NCBI RefSeq assembly: GCF_006345805.1
Contig: NC_043004.1
Location: 57,784,001 to 57,848,000, forward strand
Length of the DNA stretch: 64,000 nt
From: Octopus sinensis
Lineage: Eukaryota
Direction of reading: 5' to 3'
Position 1 is the first letter of the stretch, and each line of letters opens with the position of its first letter. The notes under the pieces were generated by a model. It was not told the origin of the DNA, ran no database searches, and worked only from the letters and a program-made list of their open reading frames with translations. Both the position numbers and the translations under genes were made by a program. Below are positions 25,750 through 39,831 of this stretch, one piece after another.

Positions 25750-25950
25750 CTTTTACTCTTTTATCTCTTTTACTTGCTTCAGTCATTTGACTGCGGCGAT
25801 GCTGGAGCACCGCCTTTAGTCGAGCAAATGGACCCCAGGACTTTGGAAGCCTAGTACTTATTCTATCAGTCTTATTTGCCGAACCGCTAGGTTACGGGGA
25901 CGTAAGCACACCACCATCGGTTGTCAAGTGATGTTGGTGGGGACAAACAC
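25750..25950 (-). mobile_element. SINE family A, 3' half
   Basis: Matches the tail region cttgcttcagtcatttgactgcggc...ggggacaaacac. Confidence 0.85.
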
Positions 25951-26842
25951 CAAAAGTAATAAAAATAATACATAGAAACGCCCCAGTCATAGACAGACAC
26001 ATTATTTATCGATATCAAAATCATGAACGGCAAAGTTGTTCTCGGCAATATTCGAACTCAAAAGCACAACGTATACGAAAATGTCTAATATCCAACGAAC
26101 AGACGATCCCACCAACTAGGTTGCCGTGACGTTTACTCATAAGATTGCTTCTGTATGAATACCATAACACTCGTTAGGTATTTAAGTTCCAGCTAAGATT
26201 TAAGTCTCGGCAGCAGGAGGGCTGTAACGTAGTGGGAAGTGGGGTGAAATCTGAATGGAAATATGATGCGCGTGATGATGTAGTGAGAGTAAGAAAGAAT
26301 GTTGGTTAGAGGCAAAAAACAGCGTGTCAGTAACAGGTTACGAGAGAGTAAAATTAGAAAAGCACAGCGTGTAGAAAGATCCTGGGGTAAAAAAAAGAGA
26401 GATGATGAGTGAGAAAGAAAGGTTTTGTGTATGTGTGTGTAAGTGAGGGTGTGTAGGAATGAAAATGAAACAAACGAAAAAAAGTGTACATGTAATATTA
26501 TAGATAAATGAACGAATTATTTTACTGTAAATACGGAAGACACAGGGAGAAATACAAAGACAGAGAGAGATAGAGTGTGTGTGAGTGAGTGAGGAAAGGG
26601 AGAGAGAGAGACATAGGGAGATTCAGAGAGAGAGAGAGAAGGAGAGAAAGGGGAGGGAAGAAAGGAAGAAAACAGAATAGACGTGTGCAGTAAAAGAAAT
26701 TGCAAACAAACAACCAGACACACAGTAAATGTGTGTGTGTGTGTGTGTTGTGTGTGTGTGTATGTACGTATGTGAATAGGCGGGTGGGGGCGTGGTGTGT
26801 ACATGTGTGTGTGTGTATAAGAGCGTGTTTATATATATATAT

Positions 26843-27069
26843 ATTTCTTTACTACCCACAAGGGGCTAAACATAGAGGGGACAAACAAGGACAGACAAAC
26901 GGATTAAGTCGATTACATCGACCCCAGTGCGTAACAGGTACTTAATTTATCGACCCCGAAAGGATGAAAGGCAAAGTCGACCTCGGCGGAATTTGAACTC
27001 AGAACGTAACGGCAGACGAAATACGGCTACGCATTTCGCCCGGCGTGCTAACGTTTCTGCCAGCTCGCC
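26843..27069 (-). mobile_element. SINE family B, full length
   Basis: Reverse copy of ggcgagctggcagaaacgttagc...gagttcaaattcc (B-box-like)...gcctttcatcctttcggggtcgataaattaagtacc...aaagaaata. Confidence 0.92.
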
Positions 27070-27070
27070 T

Positions 27071-27131
<61 letters not shown>

Positions 27132-27240
27132 ACATACATGCATATATGATATGTAAAGATAGGAAGGCTGCGTGTGGTAAGAGAGATTCTAAAGTAAGAC
27201 ACTGAGAGAAAAACAGATTGCTTGTTAGTGTCTACGACAG

Positions 27241-27271
<31 letters not shown>

Positions 27272-27443
27272 TGGAATACGTAGGGGCGGAAGTGACGGAG
27301 GCATAGTTATGTTGTGCGTTATTACTCATGAAGTTCACACATTTAGTTCGATCCTTCTGCATGACATCTTCGGTAAGTGTCATTACCAAAAGTTCATGCC
27401 GACCCATCATATGTGAATTCAAGTGAGTCAACAGAAACTGTAT

Positions 27444-27673
27444 GGGAGAGCTGGCAGAAACGTTAGCACGCCGGGCGAATTGCTTAGTGGTATTTCGTCT
27501 GCCGCTACGTTCTGAGTTCAAATTCCGCCGAGGTCGACTTTGCCTTTCATCCTTTCGGGGTCGATTAAATAAGTAGCAGTTACGCACTGGGGTCGATATA
27601 ATCGACTTAATCCGTTTGTCTGTCCTTGTTTGTCCCCTCTGTGTTTAACCCCTTGTGGGTAGTTAAGAAATAA
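27444..27673 (+). mobile_element. SINE family B, full length
   Basis: Forward copy, inverted relative to 26843-27069. Confidence 0.92.
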
Positions 27674-28589
27674 GAATGGGAGATAGTCATGAACACTACC
27701 TGTAATCAAAAGGTGTAGTCATTTTTCTATATTGTGTCACGCTGATACAGAATTGAACTACACATCTCTATGGTATACGCAACCAACAACCAATTGCACG
27801 TTAATTCAAATAAAAATCAGACAGTTTCGTACATTCAACTGGCTGATCCATGGACGTAAAAATTCATCGTCGTCATCATCATCATTATTCTTATCATCAT
27901 CACCAACCTCCCCTTACTCATCATCATCATCATATAAGATGATTAGTCTCCATTATTATTCATGATACGCGAAGGCACTAAACAATGGGTTGAAGACAAC
28001 AAATGAAGTACAAATTAATAAGAGTCTTATGCCTACTTACTCCTTAATTTATAGACGGACAGCAGAGAATCCGATATTACCCCGCCGCATTAGCAGAGCT
28101 CTATTTTTCACTAGAACACATTTTGAATAAGATCCAACCTCCACGTTGTGGTTCCCAAGTCTACTTGTAGCGGTAAAAAACACTCCTAATTTACTCCATA
28201 CCACTAAACTGGAATCATTATATCATGCAACATATAAAATGCCCGAAAGTAAGACGAAGTTGCTCAATGTAGAATTCGTTTTGGTAATGGGCACAATACA
28301 AGCAACAGGTTTTCACGTAGTTTCTGTCCAGGCAGTGTTCATCATAAGGTTTAGAATGAATATTGTGACAATAATAAATGACACTAGAAACGCTGTGTGA
28401 TGCAGTTTCAACTCAGGATTTTATTATTGTAATCCTAGCACCTTATTCAATCGTGGCTGCGTCTAAGACATCTTAGCGCTCGCGCACTCACACACACACA
28501 TACACGCACACACACGCATGCGAAATAAAGTAAGATAACAAAGCCAAGGCATTTTAATATTCCTAGGGCATTTGTAAATAGAAAGGTGG

Positions 28590-28705
28590 TCTCACAGCTG
28601 TTTCAGAGTAATAAACGGTATCCCCTCATCAGAGACGAATTAAAATCTCTGTTAACTCGTCTCTGAGAATGGGACAGCATTTATTTCCCTGAAACAGCTG
28701 TGAGA
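28590..28705. mobile_element. Small fold-back element, 49-bp arms, hammerhead-like core
   Basis: 28590-28638 is the imperfect reverse complement of 28657-28705. The minus strand reads gtct-CTGATGA-gggg...ctct-GAAAC-agct-GT-g-agac. Confidence 0.75.
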
Positions 28706-29386
28706 GCAAATACACACACGCACACACACACACACACACAAACACAAACACACACACACAGACACACACACACACGCACACACACATATATATTTACACA
28801 CACAAACTCAGGGAGTGGACAGGTAAAATCCAAGTTACACAGGTTTCTTAGCTAGCAGATCATCTGACGTAATAATTACTCAACGAGGGGTACTCAAACA
28901 GGTGCTCATTTGGTTGAGGATATCAAAATCATATGAAGTTTACACTGTCGTTTGGTAATCCAAAGTTAAGACACTGTCGATGTTATTCGAAAATCCATCC
29001 GTTTATACACATATAAGTGCATCACACAATGCAGATACTCACACAAAGACACAGACACACGCGCATATATATATATATGGATGTGTATATATTTAATCCT
29101 TCAGGAATTAGACTACGGCTTTGATGTGTCACCGCCTTCATGCGTTTAGTTGATCAAAGGGGTTCCTGAACTTATTTTCGTATGTAAGTTTGGTACTTGT
29201 TTATTGAATTTGGTAGTCGATCCGTAAGAGTCTGGATATAAAGGGGCGTCAGCATAATCCACACAGGATTAAAGACGAGTGAAAAACGTTGTAAACATAA
29301 ACAAAGACACACCCATCATAAGCACAAACACAGACTGTGTTTGAGTGTGTGTGTGTGTATGTGTAAGTGTGTGCGTGTGTGTGTGT

Positions 29387-29570
29387 GCTTGATCATATTG
29401 TCTTCATTGTGGAAGTATGGATTCGGAAACCAGGGTGTAAACAAACACATACTCGTGTGTGTGTGTGTGTGTATGGCTTGCCCATATTGTCTTAAAGAAT
29501 TGTGGAAGTATGGATTCGGAAACCAGGGTGTACACAAACACGTGTTCGTGTGTGTGTGTGTCTGTGTGTG
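29387..29570 (+). repeat. Two-unit tandem duplication (~90 bp) separated by (GT)n
   Basis: ttgtggaagtatggattcggaaaccagggtgta occurs at ~29407 and ~29500. Confidence 0.85.
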
Positions 29571-30082
29571 CGTGCGTCTGTATGTGTGTGTGCATGTGTG
29601 TGTGTGTGTGTGTGAGTGTGTGTAGATACCGTTGTTGCATATATTGCTATCATGCCGAATCTGCTAAGTATTCTATATACATACCTATAACTAAAAACAT
29701 AAACACAAACGTAGGCTATTTCTCCACCTACGACTCTGATTTCACTCAATCGTTGTTTTTCAATCTAAGATTAATTTAAAGAACAAACTCCACAACTACA
29801 TGATGTCATGCTGCTTCAACAATAGAATTATCACGAAGTATATTTATCATCTTTGATAAGTAAGCTGTGCTCATCTAACTCTTTCACTAGAGCAACACAC
29901 TCACCCTCTTTATTACATGCATATATCAACTATTGTGCATTTGTACAGCCATGCAAATCTATTGATTTCTGTGCATGTGAATGTATTTATGTATGTTATT
30001 GATTTGTGAACTTGTGCGTGTATTTATATATTAATTTTGTATGTATGTGAATAATCTGTTAGTTAGAGAGGAGAAGACGGAA

Positions 30083-30115
<33 letters not shown>

Positions 30116-31169
30116 AAGTGTGCGTGTATGGGTGTGCGGGGGGGGATAGAAAGATTAGGAGAGACAGAATGTGTCTGTGTATGTAACGTGTGTGCATGTT
30201 CTTTCAATTATGTTAACGTGATATTCTGGGAAGATTTGAAGTGAAAGGAAAGTAAGTGATGGCATGATATTTCTGGTGATATCACTTGTGACATTTTACC
30301 TGTCATACAGATATAAATCCTTGGCATGCTTAATCAAGGATCCTCTACGTGATTTTAGTGACTTGGTTAGAAATAGCAGCGGAATCTCCCTCAAATCATA
30401 CCGTAACATCTTCAAAGACACGACACATTGTTCAGCGTGTCAATACAGTCCAAGGGACACTATAACATACCAAAAACAGCTTGTTGATCATGGATTTATT
30501 GGGATTAATGAAACAACATCTCGATCCAGGGGCTGATGTGAGGTTAAACAACAATAATATGAACAACAGCAATAACAACAGCAACAACAAAAAGAACGAC
30601 AGCTCCCATGTAAATTCAGTTAAAATGAAATATAATGGCATTGAAAGCATGAAATATGATTAATGAGTCAATAAGGGAGCCTAAGTGGATTTAATAAATA
30701 TTTAAAAATTCAAACTAAAGAAAAAAACATGCGTAATGTTATTGCTGTTTAACCCCAAGTCAGACGTTATTGAGCATATTTTTGAGTAAAAATGTAGTTT
30801 CAGCCAGGTTATGACGTCTGTTTAGTATGATCTTGCCTTAGATTTACATTATACAACGTATGCTTTTGTCATTTATCTCAAGACGGTATGATTTGAGGGG
30901 AATGCATGTGGCTGCAATTTTTAACTGATTAAATGTCCACAAAAAAAGGCTCTCTCGGTGCATTGGGGTAGATTTGGTCGATCTACCCCTCTGAAAAGAG
31001 TGGGTTGTGATTTTATTGATCTCGTAAGGATGAAAAAGTTAGTGATTTCAAATTCAGAGACATAAAACTTAATACCTGTAAGGATTTCCCTCGGTTCTAG
31101 CATTTCTGTCATCAGATAAAAGAAGGAAATAAAGCGAATAATGAGCGCGGATATTTAAATATTTAAATG

Positions 31170-31214
<45 letters not shown>

Positions 31215-32003
31215 CGAGAGATAGAGATAGAGAGAGAGAGAGAGAGATAATACGAGAGATAGAGAGAGAGAGAGAGAGAAAGAGAAAAGAAGAGTTATAG
31301 AATAAAAGAAACTTTCAGAAAACAAAGGCAACAAGAAAAAAAGAATTAAAATAACGGAATTTAAAAAAGAAATTAAATCAAAGAATAAAAGTATTTAGAT
31401 GATCCAGAACATGCATAATAATTCTTCCTAAGTTTGTCACAATGCTTGGAATTTTAAAGGGAAGGGAACATGTTGAGTACATTGACCATAATTCTTCAGT
31501 GGCACTATACTTTATTGATCCCGAAAGGAGAGCTTGCACCATAATAATAACGGTTTCAAATTTTGACTCAAGGCCAACAGGCCTGAGGTAGGGGATAAGT
31601 TGATTACTTCGATCCCAGTGCTATAATAGTACATATTTCATCGACCCTTACTTGACGAAAGGCAAAGTCGACTTTGGCGGAATTTGAACGTAGAAGGTAA
31701 AAGCGGACGAAATGCCGCTAAGCATTGTGTCCGACGTGCTAACTATTCTTCCAACTGGTGGAGATAGTGTATCTATAGAAAGCAGTTCTACGTGGAACAT
31801 CACAAATGCTTTTCATATTTCGAGAAGCCTGAACGAAGAGCGTAAACTTTAATCTTCTGGTTGTGGACAGCTGACACTTGTTACATTCTCCAGCAAGCTG
31901 CTGTGCTAAAACACGATAACAATTGTTTCAAATTTAGGCACACGGCCAACAGTTTTAGTGGGGCAGGAGTTAAGTCAATACTATTGCCTTGATTAGCGTT
32001 CAT

Positions 32004-32390
32004 TTATTCTTTTACTTGATTCAGCTATTTGACTGGGACCATGCTGGAACACCGCCTATTAGTCGAAGAAATCGACCCATGGACTTATTCTTTGTAAACC
32101 TGGTACTTATTCTATCGGTGCTTTTTGCCGAACCGCTATGTTACGGTGACGTAAATACACCAACACTGGTTGTCAAGCAATGGTGGTGAAGGCCACACAC
32201 ACACACACACGCTAACACCCATATACGATGGGCTTTTTTCAGTATCCTTCTACTAAATCTACTCACAAGGCTTTGGTCAGCTCAATGTTATAGTAGAAGA
32301 CACTTGCCCGAGGTCTCACGCAGTGGGACTGAACCCAGAAACGTGGTTGGTTGGGAAGCAAGCTTCTTACCACAGAGCCACGCCTGCGCC
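32004..32390 (-). mobile_element. SINE family A (diverged)
   Basis: Reverse copy ending ...cacagagccacgcctgcgcc. Confidence 0.85.
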
Positions 32391-32730
32391 TAAAGTACTA
32401 TATTATCAACATCGGATAGATGAAAGCAAAGTGGATCTCGATCAGATTTTAAACCATAATCTACCAAATAGGAAGAGATACCACAAAGCATTTTGTCCGA
32501 TACTATTTAAGATTGCTATTCACTGCCATTGTTTTACTAATGGTTTCCAACATTGGCACCCGCGGGGCTGTTTTGAGAGAGGGTAGTGAGTAGATTACAC
32601 CGATCCACTACTTGACAGGTACTTTATTCTATCGATCAAAGGGTCAAAAGGTAAAAAAACCAAGGTAATCTCGACAGGGATCGTCAAATAGCACAATGTA
32701 TTTTCAGAAGTTCTGTCGATTATGGCAGCT

Positions 32731-32731
32731 C

Positions 32732-32822
<91 letters not shown>

Positions 32823-32866
32823 TAATAATAATAATAATAATTATAACAATAATGATAATGATAATA

Positions 32867-32917
<51 letters not shown>

Positions 32918-33058
32918 TAATAATAATAATCCTTTGTAGTATAGGCCCATAATAATAATAATAGTGGTTTCAACTTTTGGCAGAATATCCCTTCCCGCGT
33001 TAATAATAATAATAACAACAACAATAATAATAATAATGATAATAATAATAATAATAAT

Positions 33059-33105
<47 letters not shown>

Positions 33106-33120
33106 CAATAATAATAATTT
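32731..33120. repeat. (AAT)n microsatellite cluster
   Basis: Direct reading. It accounts for the poly-I/poly-Y/poly-L ORFs. Confidence 0.95.
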
Positions 33121-34373
33121 CATTTCAATTCTTTGCCTTATCAATATCTTTATTATTTATATTAACAGTGTAAGGTATGACAACTTGACAGCGAAATGTG
33201 AAAATAGGAAGTACTGAAGGGAGAATTTCAAGGTTTAATCTATTCTCTTGTACATTACAAGTTTATTCTTAAACAGGGATATTGCTACCAGTGACTTGGA
33301 CGTTCCGGCCAGTTAATCCATCGTGGATTAACTGGCCGAAACGTCGAAATCAGTGTCAACAATATTCTTGTTGAAGAATAAACTATATTATTTATATATA
33401 TATATATATATATATATGCATACATCCAGATACATACATGCATACACGCACAAGCACACAAATATATATATGCGTATGTGTGCATGTGTATAAGCATGAT
33501 TGTACACGCCTATTTTGACTGTACGTGTATGTATGTATATATATATATATATTATTATGCATGTTTAATATATTTTTGGACAAACCTGGATTTCTCAGAA
33601 ACAATCTGTGAAACTATTATTCGAAAGGAAACAAATATATAAAACAAAAAAATAAGAAACATTGAGAGGGAGAGAAAGAGAGAGAGAGGAAGAGAAAGAA
33701 AGTGTAAGAGAGAACGATAGGAAGACAAAGAGAGAGTAAAGTGAGAGAGAGAGTGAAAACAGAGATAGAAAGAAAAGAGAAAGAGAATAAGAAATGAAGA
33801 GAGAAGTGAGCGAGTTAGAGATAAAGTGAATGATGTTATGCGAAAATGAAGTTTTCTAAGTCACTCCTGATCGAGTGAATCAAACATGAAAGGCGTTCCA
33901 GACACGACATACATGTCTATTTTATTTATTTGTATACTTATAAATTTTTGCATGGGTATATTCAATATCACATACATATGGTGTGTTATTTCTATAAAAC
34001 AGTATGGTGTTATTTGAGGGCGAATGTGTCATTATATCTAGCAGGCCGTGTTTACTACTTTAAGTTTTCACACTGGTATTACAGAAAACTGTAGATAGCC
34101 ACACAACTATGCACTCTGTTAGCTAATTGTCTCACATCGGCCACATTACTCCTTGATACAATGTATATAAAACCAACCAGGAATGTCACGGCTGGTGTAA
34201 TGATTTGAACTTAGGTTTGCTTGTTTCGGGTTGACACATGCTGCGTACACATACGCACATGTTTGGGGTGTCAGGTAGTTTCAGTGCCTAAGTATGTGTA
34301 TGTTTGAAGCCTGCGCATGTATGGGAGGCGTGGTTGTAGCTATACAGGTAATTGCAACAACTGATGTTTAGAC

Positions 34374-34786
<413 letters not shown>

Positions 34787-35165
34787 ACGTATTGATGGCC
34801 AGGTAAGTCTAGACGTATTTGAAGCGATTTGGTGATGTGTATAATTATAACTGCTTCCTAACACTCGTGTATTCATATAGGTGTTAGTATATACATATTC
34901 AAATTAGCTTGTTTTGGTACAAACGTCCACAAACATGTATACACGTGTAAAGTAACGTATATACATAAATATTGTTGTCTAAGGAGAATCATTATACCAA
35001 ATACATAAACAAAGTATATACACATGCGTTTATGTAGCTTTCAATGAGCATGTTTGTATGTATATATATATATATATATTATATATATATATATATACAT
35101 ACACATATATATATATATATACATATATACACATAAAAAATATATATACATGCATACATACATAC

Positions 35166-35202
<37 letters not shown>

Positions 35203-35325
35203 ATACATATATACACATAAAAAATATATATACATGCATACATACATACACATATATATATATATTCATATATATCAGTGAATGTGTGTATGTCTATATC
35301 TATTTACCTTTCCCTCTATCTATGA

Positions 35326-35390
<65 letters not shown>

Positions 35391-35596
35391 GACAGGCATA
35401 TACACACATATACACGGGCATATATTTGTATATACACACCCATACATTATACACATGTCTCTTTACATGCTTACATATACACACATATATCCGCTGTTCG
35501 CTTGTAGCTGTTATGGTTCTGTAACTATCTGTTTATTCTGTTAGTGTATGTACCTATCTCTCTCTCCACACACACACACACATATGTATGTATATG

Positions 35597-35651
<55 letters not shown>

Positions 35652-35720
35652 GTGTGTGTGCATGTGTATAATATAATATAATATATTATATCATATTATA
35701 TTTAGTGATGTATAACTTAC

Positions 35721-35818
35721 CTATACGTCAAGTTCTCCGCTATGGAACGCCTCCGATGTTCCGATATAATCCGAAGGTTCTCCAACAACAGAACCTGTGT
35801 CTTGTCGGCGTGTTTCAT
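35721..35818 (-). CDS. Putative first coding exon of an unidentified gene (MKHADKTQVLLLENLRIISEHRRRSIAENLTY + 2 nt)
   Basis: aaccATGA start context with an in-frame upstream TGA; 98 nt open; a consensus donor AG|gtaagtt at 35720; a possible acceptor (ttag) at 35931-32; non-repetitive and locally GC-richer. Confidence 0.5.
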
Positions 35819-37429
35819 GGTTAATTTGCCTCTCTTGGTTATGTGTCACTTAACTGTTGTAAAGTGTCCTGTTGTAATCCATTCCGTTAATTATGAAAGT
35901 CGCCACCGATTTTAGCGGCAACCATACAACCTAACACATATACACACATAAATAAACTGCATATCTCTCCCTCACGGAAGAGAGAGAAGAATAAGAAAGC
36001 TAAACCTGATGCACAGCTGACTGTATGGTTTTGCGTGTGTGAGTGTCTGCGTATGCGCGTGTTTGTTTGCATGAATTTGTGCATGTGTCTGTGTTGATAG
36101 ATGAGTGTGGACATGTGTATGAGTGAACGGCAGCAAGAGTGCGTGTTTGTGCCTGCGTGTGTAAGTTGAGAGAAATTGAGAGAGTAAGGAAGAGAAAGAG
36201 TGAGAGAGAGAGAGAAAGAGAAAGTGTGTATGGGTGTGTATATAAGATAAGGTGAAACGATATATGTGAAAGAAAGAGGGGATGGGAAAAAGAAAAAAAA
36301 AATTGTGAAAGGCTTGTGAATGATTTTTAAGAAGCGTTTGGAATATAAATGTGTTTATATGCGTGTGTATATAAGTGAGTGATTGAGAGAGAGGGAGGAG
36401 TGAGAGAAGATTGAGTACCTAAGTGAGGTAAGGTGATACGGTAAATAAGTAAGAGAAAGAGGCACGAAGAGAAAACAAAAGAATAATCATATTTGTATAA
36501 ATATATATATTTATATAAAGGCATATATATGTATGTGTGTTTTATATCTATATATATATGCTTCGAGTAAGTAGCGTGAGAATTTAAAAACAAAAAACAA
36601 AAACATAACAAAAAGCAAGAATGTCTGTGGTGGCGAAAAAAGAATATGAGTGAGAGAGGAAAAACGGAATGAAGGAATGAGTGTGTGCGTGAGAGATTGC
36701 GCGACTGAGTTGCGAGACGAAGCAGCGCTAAAAGCTCGCTCGACAAACCAAAAGCTAGGTGAACGCACGGTTGGCAAGGTGGTTGGCTGCCAAGGTGGTT
36801 TGTTGTCGTTCTTGATGTTGTTGCCACCGTTGATGATGATGATGATGATGATGATGTTATTGCATTATTTTGATTGTTGTTTTTTTGTTTTTACCTTTAG
36901 TATTATTAATGTTATGAATATAAATAATCATCTTGCTTACATTCACGTCGATGTGCTACTGTTGCAGACCCCGTTCATATTGTTATTCATGCTCATTGTT
37001 TTAATCGTCGTTGGTGTTCTTGTTGTGTTTTTTGTTTTTTTTTTTGCTGTTAAGCACATTCCTCCGAATCAAGCTTGCTCAGACACACCAATGACCGAAA
37101 GCATTCCAACCGTGACCCTCCCATTTTGTTTCATGTTGCGCCGTTTCTGCTTTTTGTATAGGAGATTATAGTTACCTCATGCTTACGTGTTCCTTAAGAA
37201 AAAGGATAGTAGGAAAAAAAAACAACAACTGAAGTATGAGATCTGAGGAGATTTAGCTATTGTTTCTTACACATTGTCTGGTCATTTCAAGAATTTTTAG
37301 ATGTCTCATCAGTGTTGTTGATATTGTTGTTGTTGTCATTGTTGTTAATTGCTATTGTTTTGTTGTTCACGTTTATATTGTTTTTCTTAGTGATGCATGT
37401 ATGTATGTATGTAGGTATGTGTATGGTTA

Positions 37430-37604
37430 TATATATATATATATATATATCGAGAGAGAGACAGCTAGTAAGAGAGAGGGAGAGAGAGATAAACTGATAG
37501 ATAAATGGAAAGAAAGGATATATATATATATTGTGTGTGTGTGTATGTAATAGTATTTATATATGAATATAATATATATATATGAATATAATATATATAT
37601 ATGA

Positions 37605-37651
<47 letters not shown>

Positions 37652-38248
37652 AATATATATAATGTATATAATATATATGTATATATATACATATATAAAT
37701 ATATGAATATAATATATATGTGTATATATATATATATAATATATATACACATATATACATATATATATATATACAATAATATAATACATATATAATATAT
37801 ATAATATTATATATATATATATACACATATAATACATAATAATTATATACATAATATAATATATATAGATTATATATATTATATATATACATATACATAT
37901 ATCTATATACATATATATATATATCATATATACTATATAATATAATATATATACATTATTATATATATAATATATATATATATATATAACTATATATATT
38001 CATATATCTATATAATATATATACATATATCTATATATAATATATAACATTATATATATACATATATATATATATATTATATAATACATATATATATATA
38101 CATACATACATATATATACATATATACATATATATACACATATATATACATTTATATACATATTTACCCATATATAAACATATATACACATATATACTTA
38201 TATACATATATATAACACATATATATATACATATATACATATATACAC

Positions 38249-38302
<54 letters not shown>
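37430..38302. repeat. Long degenerate (TA)n tract
   Basis: Direct reading. Confidence 0.96.
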
Positions 38303-38304
<2 letters not shown>

Positions 38305-38379
38305 GACAGCTGTTGAGGGGTAGTAGAAGAAAATAACGATAATTTTGACGGAAGAACAATGAAGTTAATGAAAAGTTAG

Positions 38380-39360
38380 AATGCGGTGCTGATGGAGGGT
38401 GGTCTGACGGTGATGGTAATGGTAATAACGATGGTTTTGGTGGTGGTGGTGTTGGTGGTAGTGTAGATGGTGAAGGTGATTGTGATGGTAGTGGTGGGGG
38501 TGATGACATGGTGACGATAATGGCATGATGATGATGATGATGATGGTGATCTGCTATTAGAATTAAATTCATATTTAGAATTTATTATAGCAATTTCAGT
38601 ATTTTTCTGGTACTTTTGCACTTATCGATCCCACGATGGTGATAGAAAGGCAAAGTTGACCCCAGGCCAGATGTGAACTCGGTATGTAGAGGGCTGTAAT
38701 TAAATAAATACAGCAAGGTACACTACCAGCTCTGCCAGTATAGAGATAATGATGATGATGGCAGTGACTGATACAATGATAGTAAATGATGATGATGAAG
38801 ACGATGATGATGATGATGTTGAGAAAAATAATTTGTGATGTAGGCACCAAGCCAGAACACGGGCGAGGTTAGGGGTACTCGATTAAATCGACTCCAAATA
38901 ATTATGGTATGAAATACGATGCTGGCGATGATAACAATGATGATGTTGAAGATGACGACGATGACGACGACGCCGATGATGATAATTGTGGTTGTTTCGG
39001 TGTTAATGGTGATGCTGGTGATGGTGAAGGTGGTAGAGGAAGATGATGGTTCTGATTGGGATAACAATGTTGATGACAGTGATGTTGGTGATGGTAGTTG
39101 TTCTGATGATGCTCAGATCGTTAGTTGTGATAATCGAAGTGACCGATATTTGGAGATGTTGGTGATAGTGCTGCTCCTGCTACTGCTACTGCTTGTATGG
39201 TGTTCATGGCGAAGGTGATGCTGATAGTGGCATTCATGATCATGCTAGTCGTGTTGTTGTTGTTGGTGGTGGTGGTAGTAATACTGATGACAATAGTGGA
39301 GGTTGGTAATGGTCCTATTGATGAAGGTGGTGATACTTATAGTGATGATGATGATGGCCA
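38380..39360. repeat. Degenerate (GAT)n/(GGT)n low-complexity region
   Basis: Direct reading. It accounts for the poly-H/M/V/I ORFs. Confidence 0.85.
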
Positions 39361-39407
39361 AATATTTCTTTAATAGAAGCAGTTGGTGTTGTTATTGTTG
39401 TGCTGTG

Positions 39408-39708
39408 AAGGCGCGTGGCTTAGTGATTAGAGTATTCGGATCCCGTCTGATCTTTGAGTTAGGATCCTTCAGCTAAACACCTTATTTCACGTTGCTCCTG
39501 TTCACTCAGCTGGCAAACATGAGTTGTACTTGTATTTAAAAGGACCAGCTCTGTCACAGCCTATGTCACGCTAAATCTCGCTGAGAACTACATTAAGGAT
39601 ATGCGTGTTTGTGGAGTACTCAGCCACTTGCACGTTAATTTCACGAGCAGGCTATTCCGTTGATCAGATCAGCTGGAGCCGTCGTCATTGTAACCGACGG
39701 AATGCCAA
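39408..39708 (+). mobile_element. Diverged SINE sharing its 3' tail with family C
   Basis: tRNA-like start ggcgcgtggcttagtgattag, and tail cacgttaatttcacgagcaggct...gtaaccgacgga as in 46092-46475. Confidence 0.7.
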
Positions 39709-39831
39709 TTATTGTTGTGACACTTCATTGCAATTTGATTGTACCTAACGATTATTTTGGGGCTGCTTTTTTTATCACGGCCTTTGCACTTATTGCAGTA
39801 ATTATTGTTGCTATTGCTGCTGCAGCTATTA

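Noticed and set aside
29387-29570. Repeat-spacer-like pattern suggestive of CRISPR
   Set aside because: Only two units separated by (GT)n, in eukaryotic DNA, with no cas genes.
30264-30663. ORFs of 90 aa and 60 aa (Asn-rich)
   Set aside because: They overlap a dispersed repeat (ggtatgatttgaggg also occurs at ~30885) and an (AAC)n tract, with no recognisable domain.
36327-37171. 166-aa and 173-aa ORFs
   Set aside because: They run through low-complexity GA/GAT/GTT tracts with no domain. The region is more plausibly UTR or promoter.
38198-39218. Poly-His/Pro/Met/Val ORFs (also 41214-41471 and 61706-62086)
   Set aside because: They arise from degenerate GAT/GGT trinucleotide repeats.
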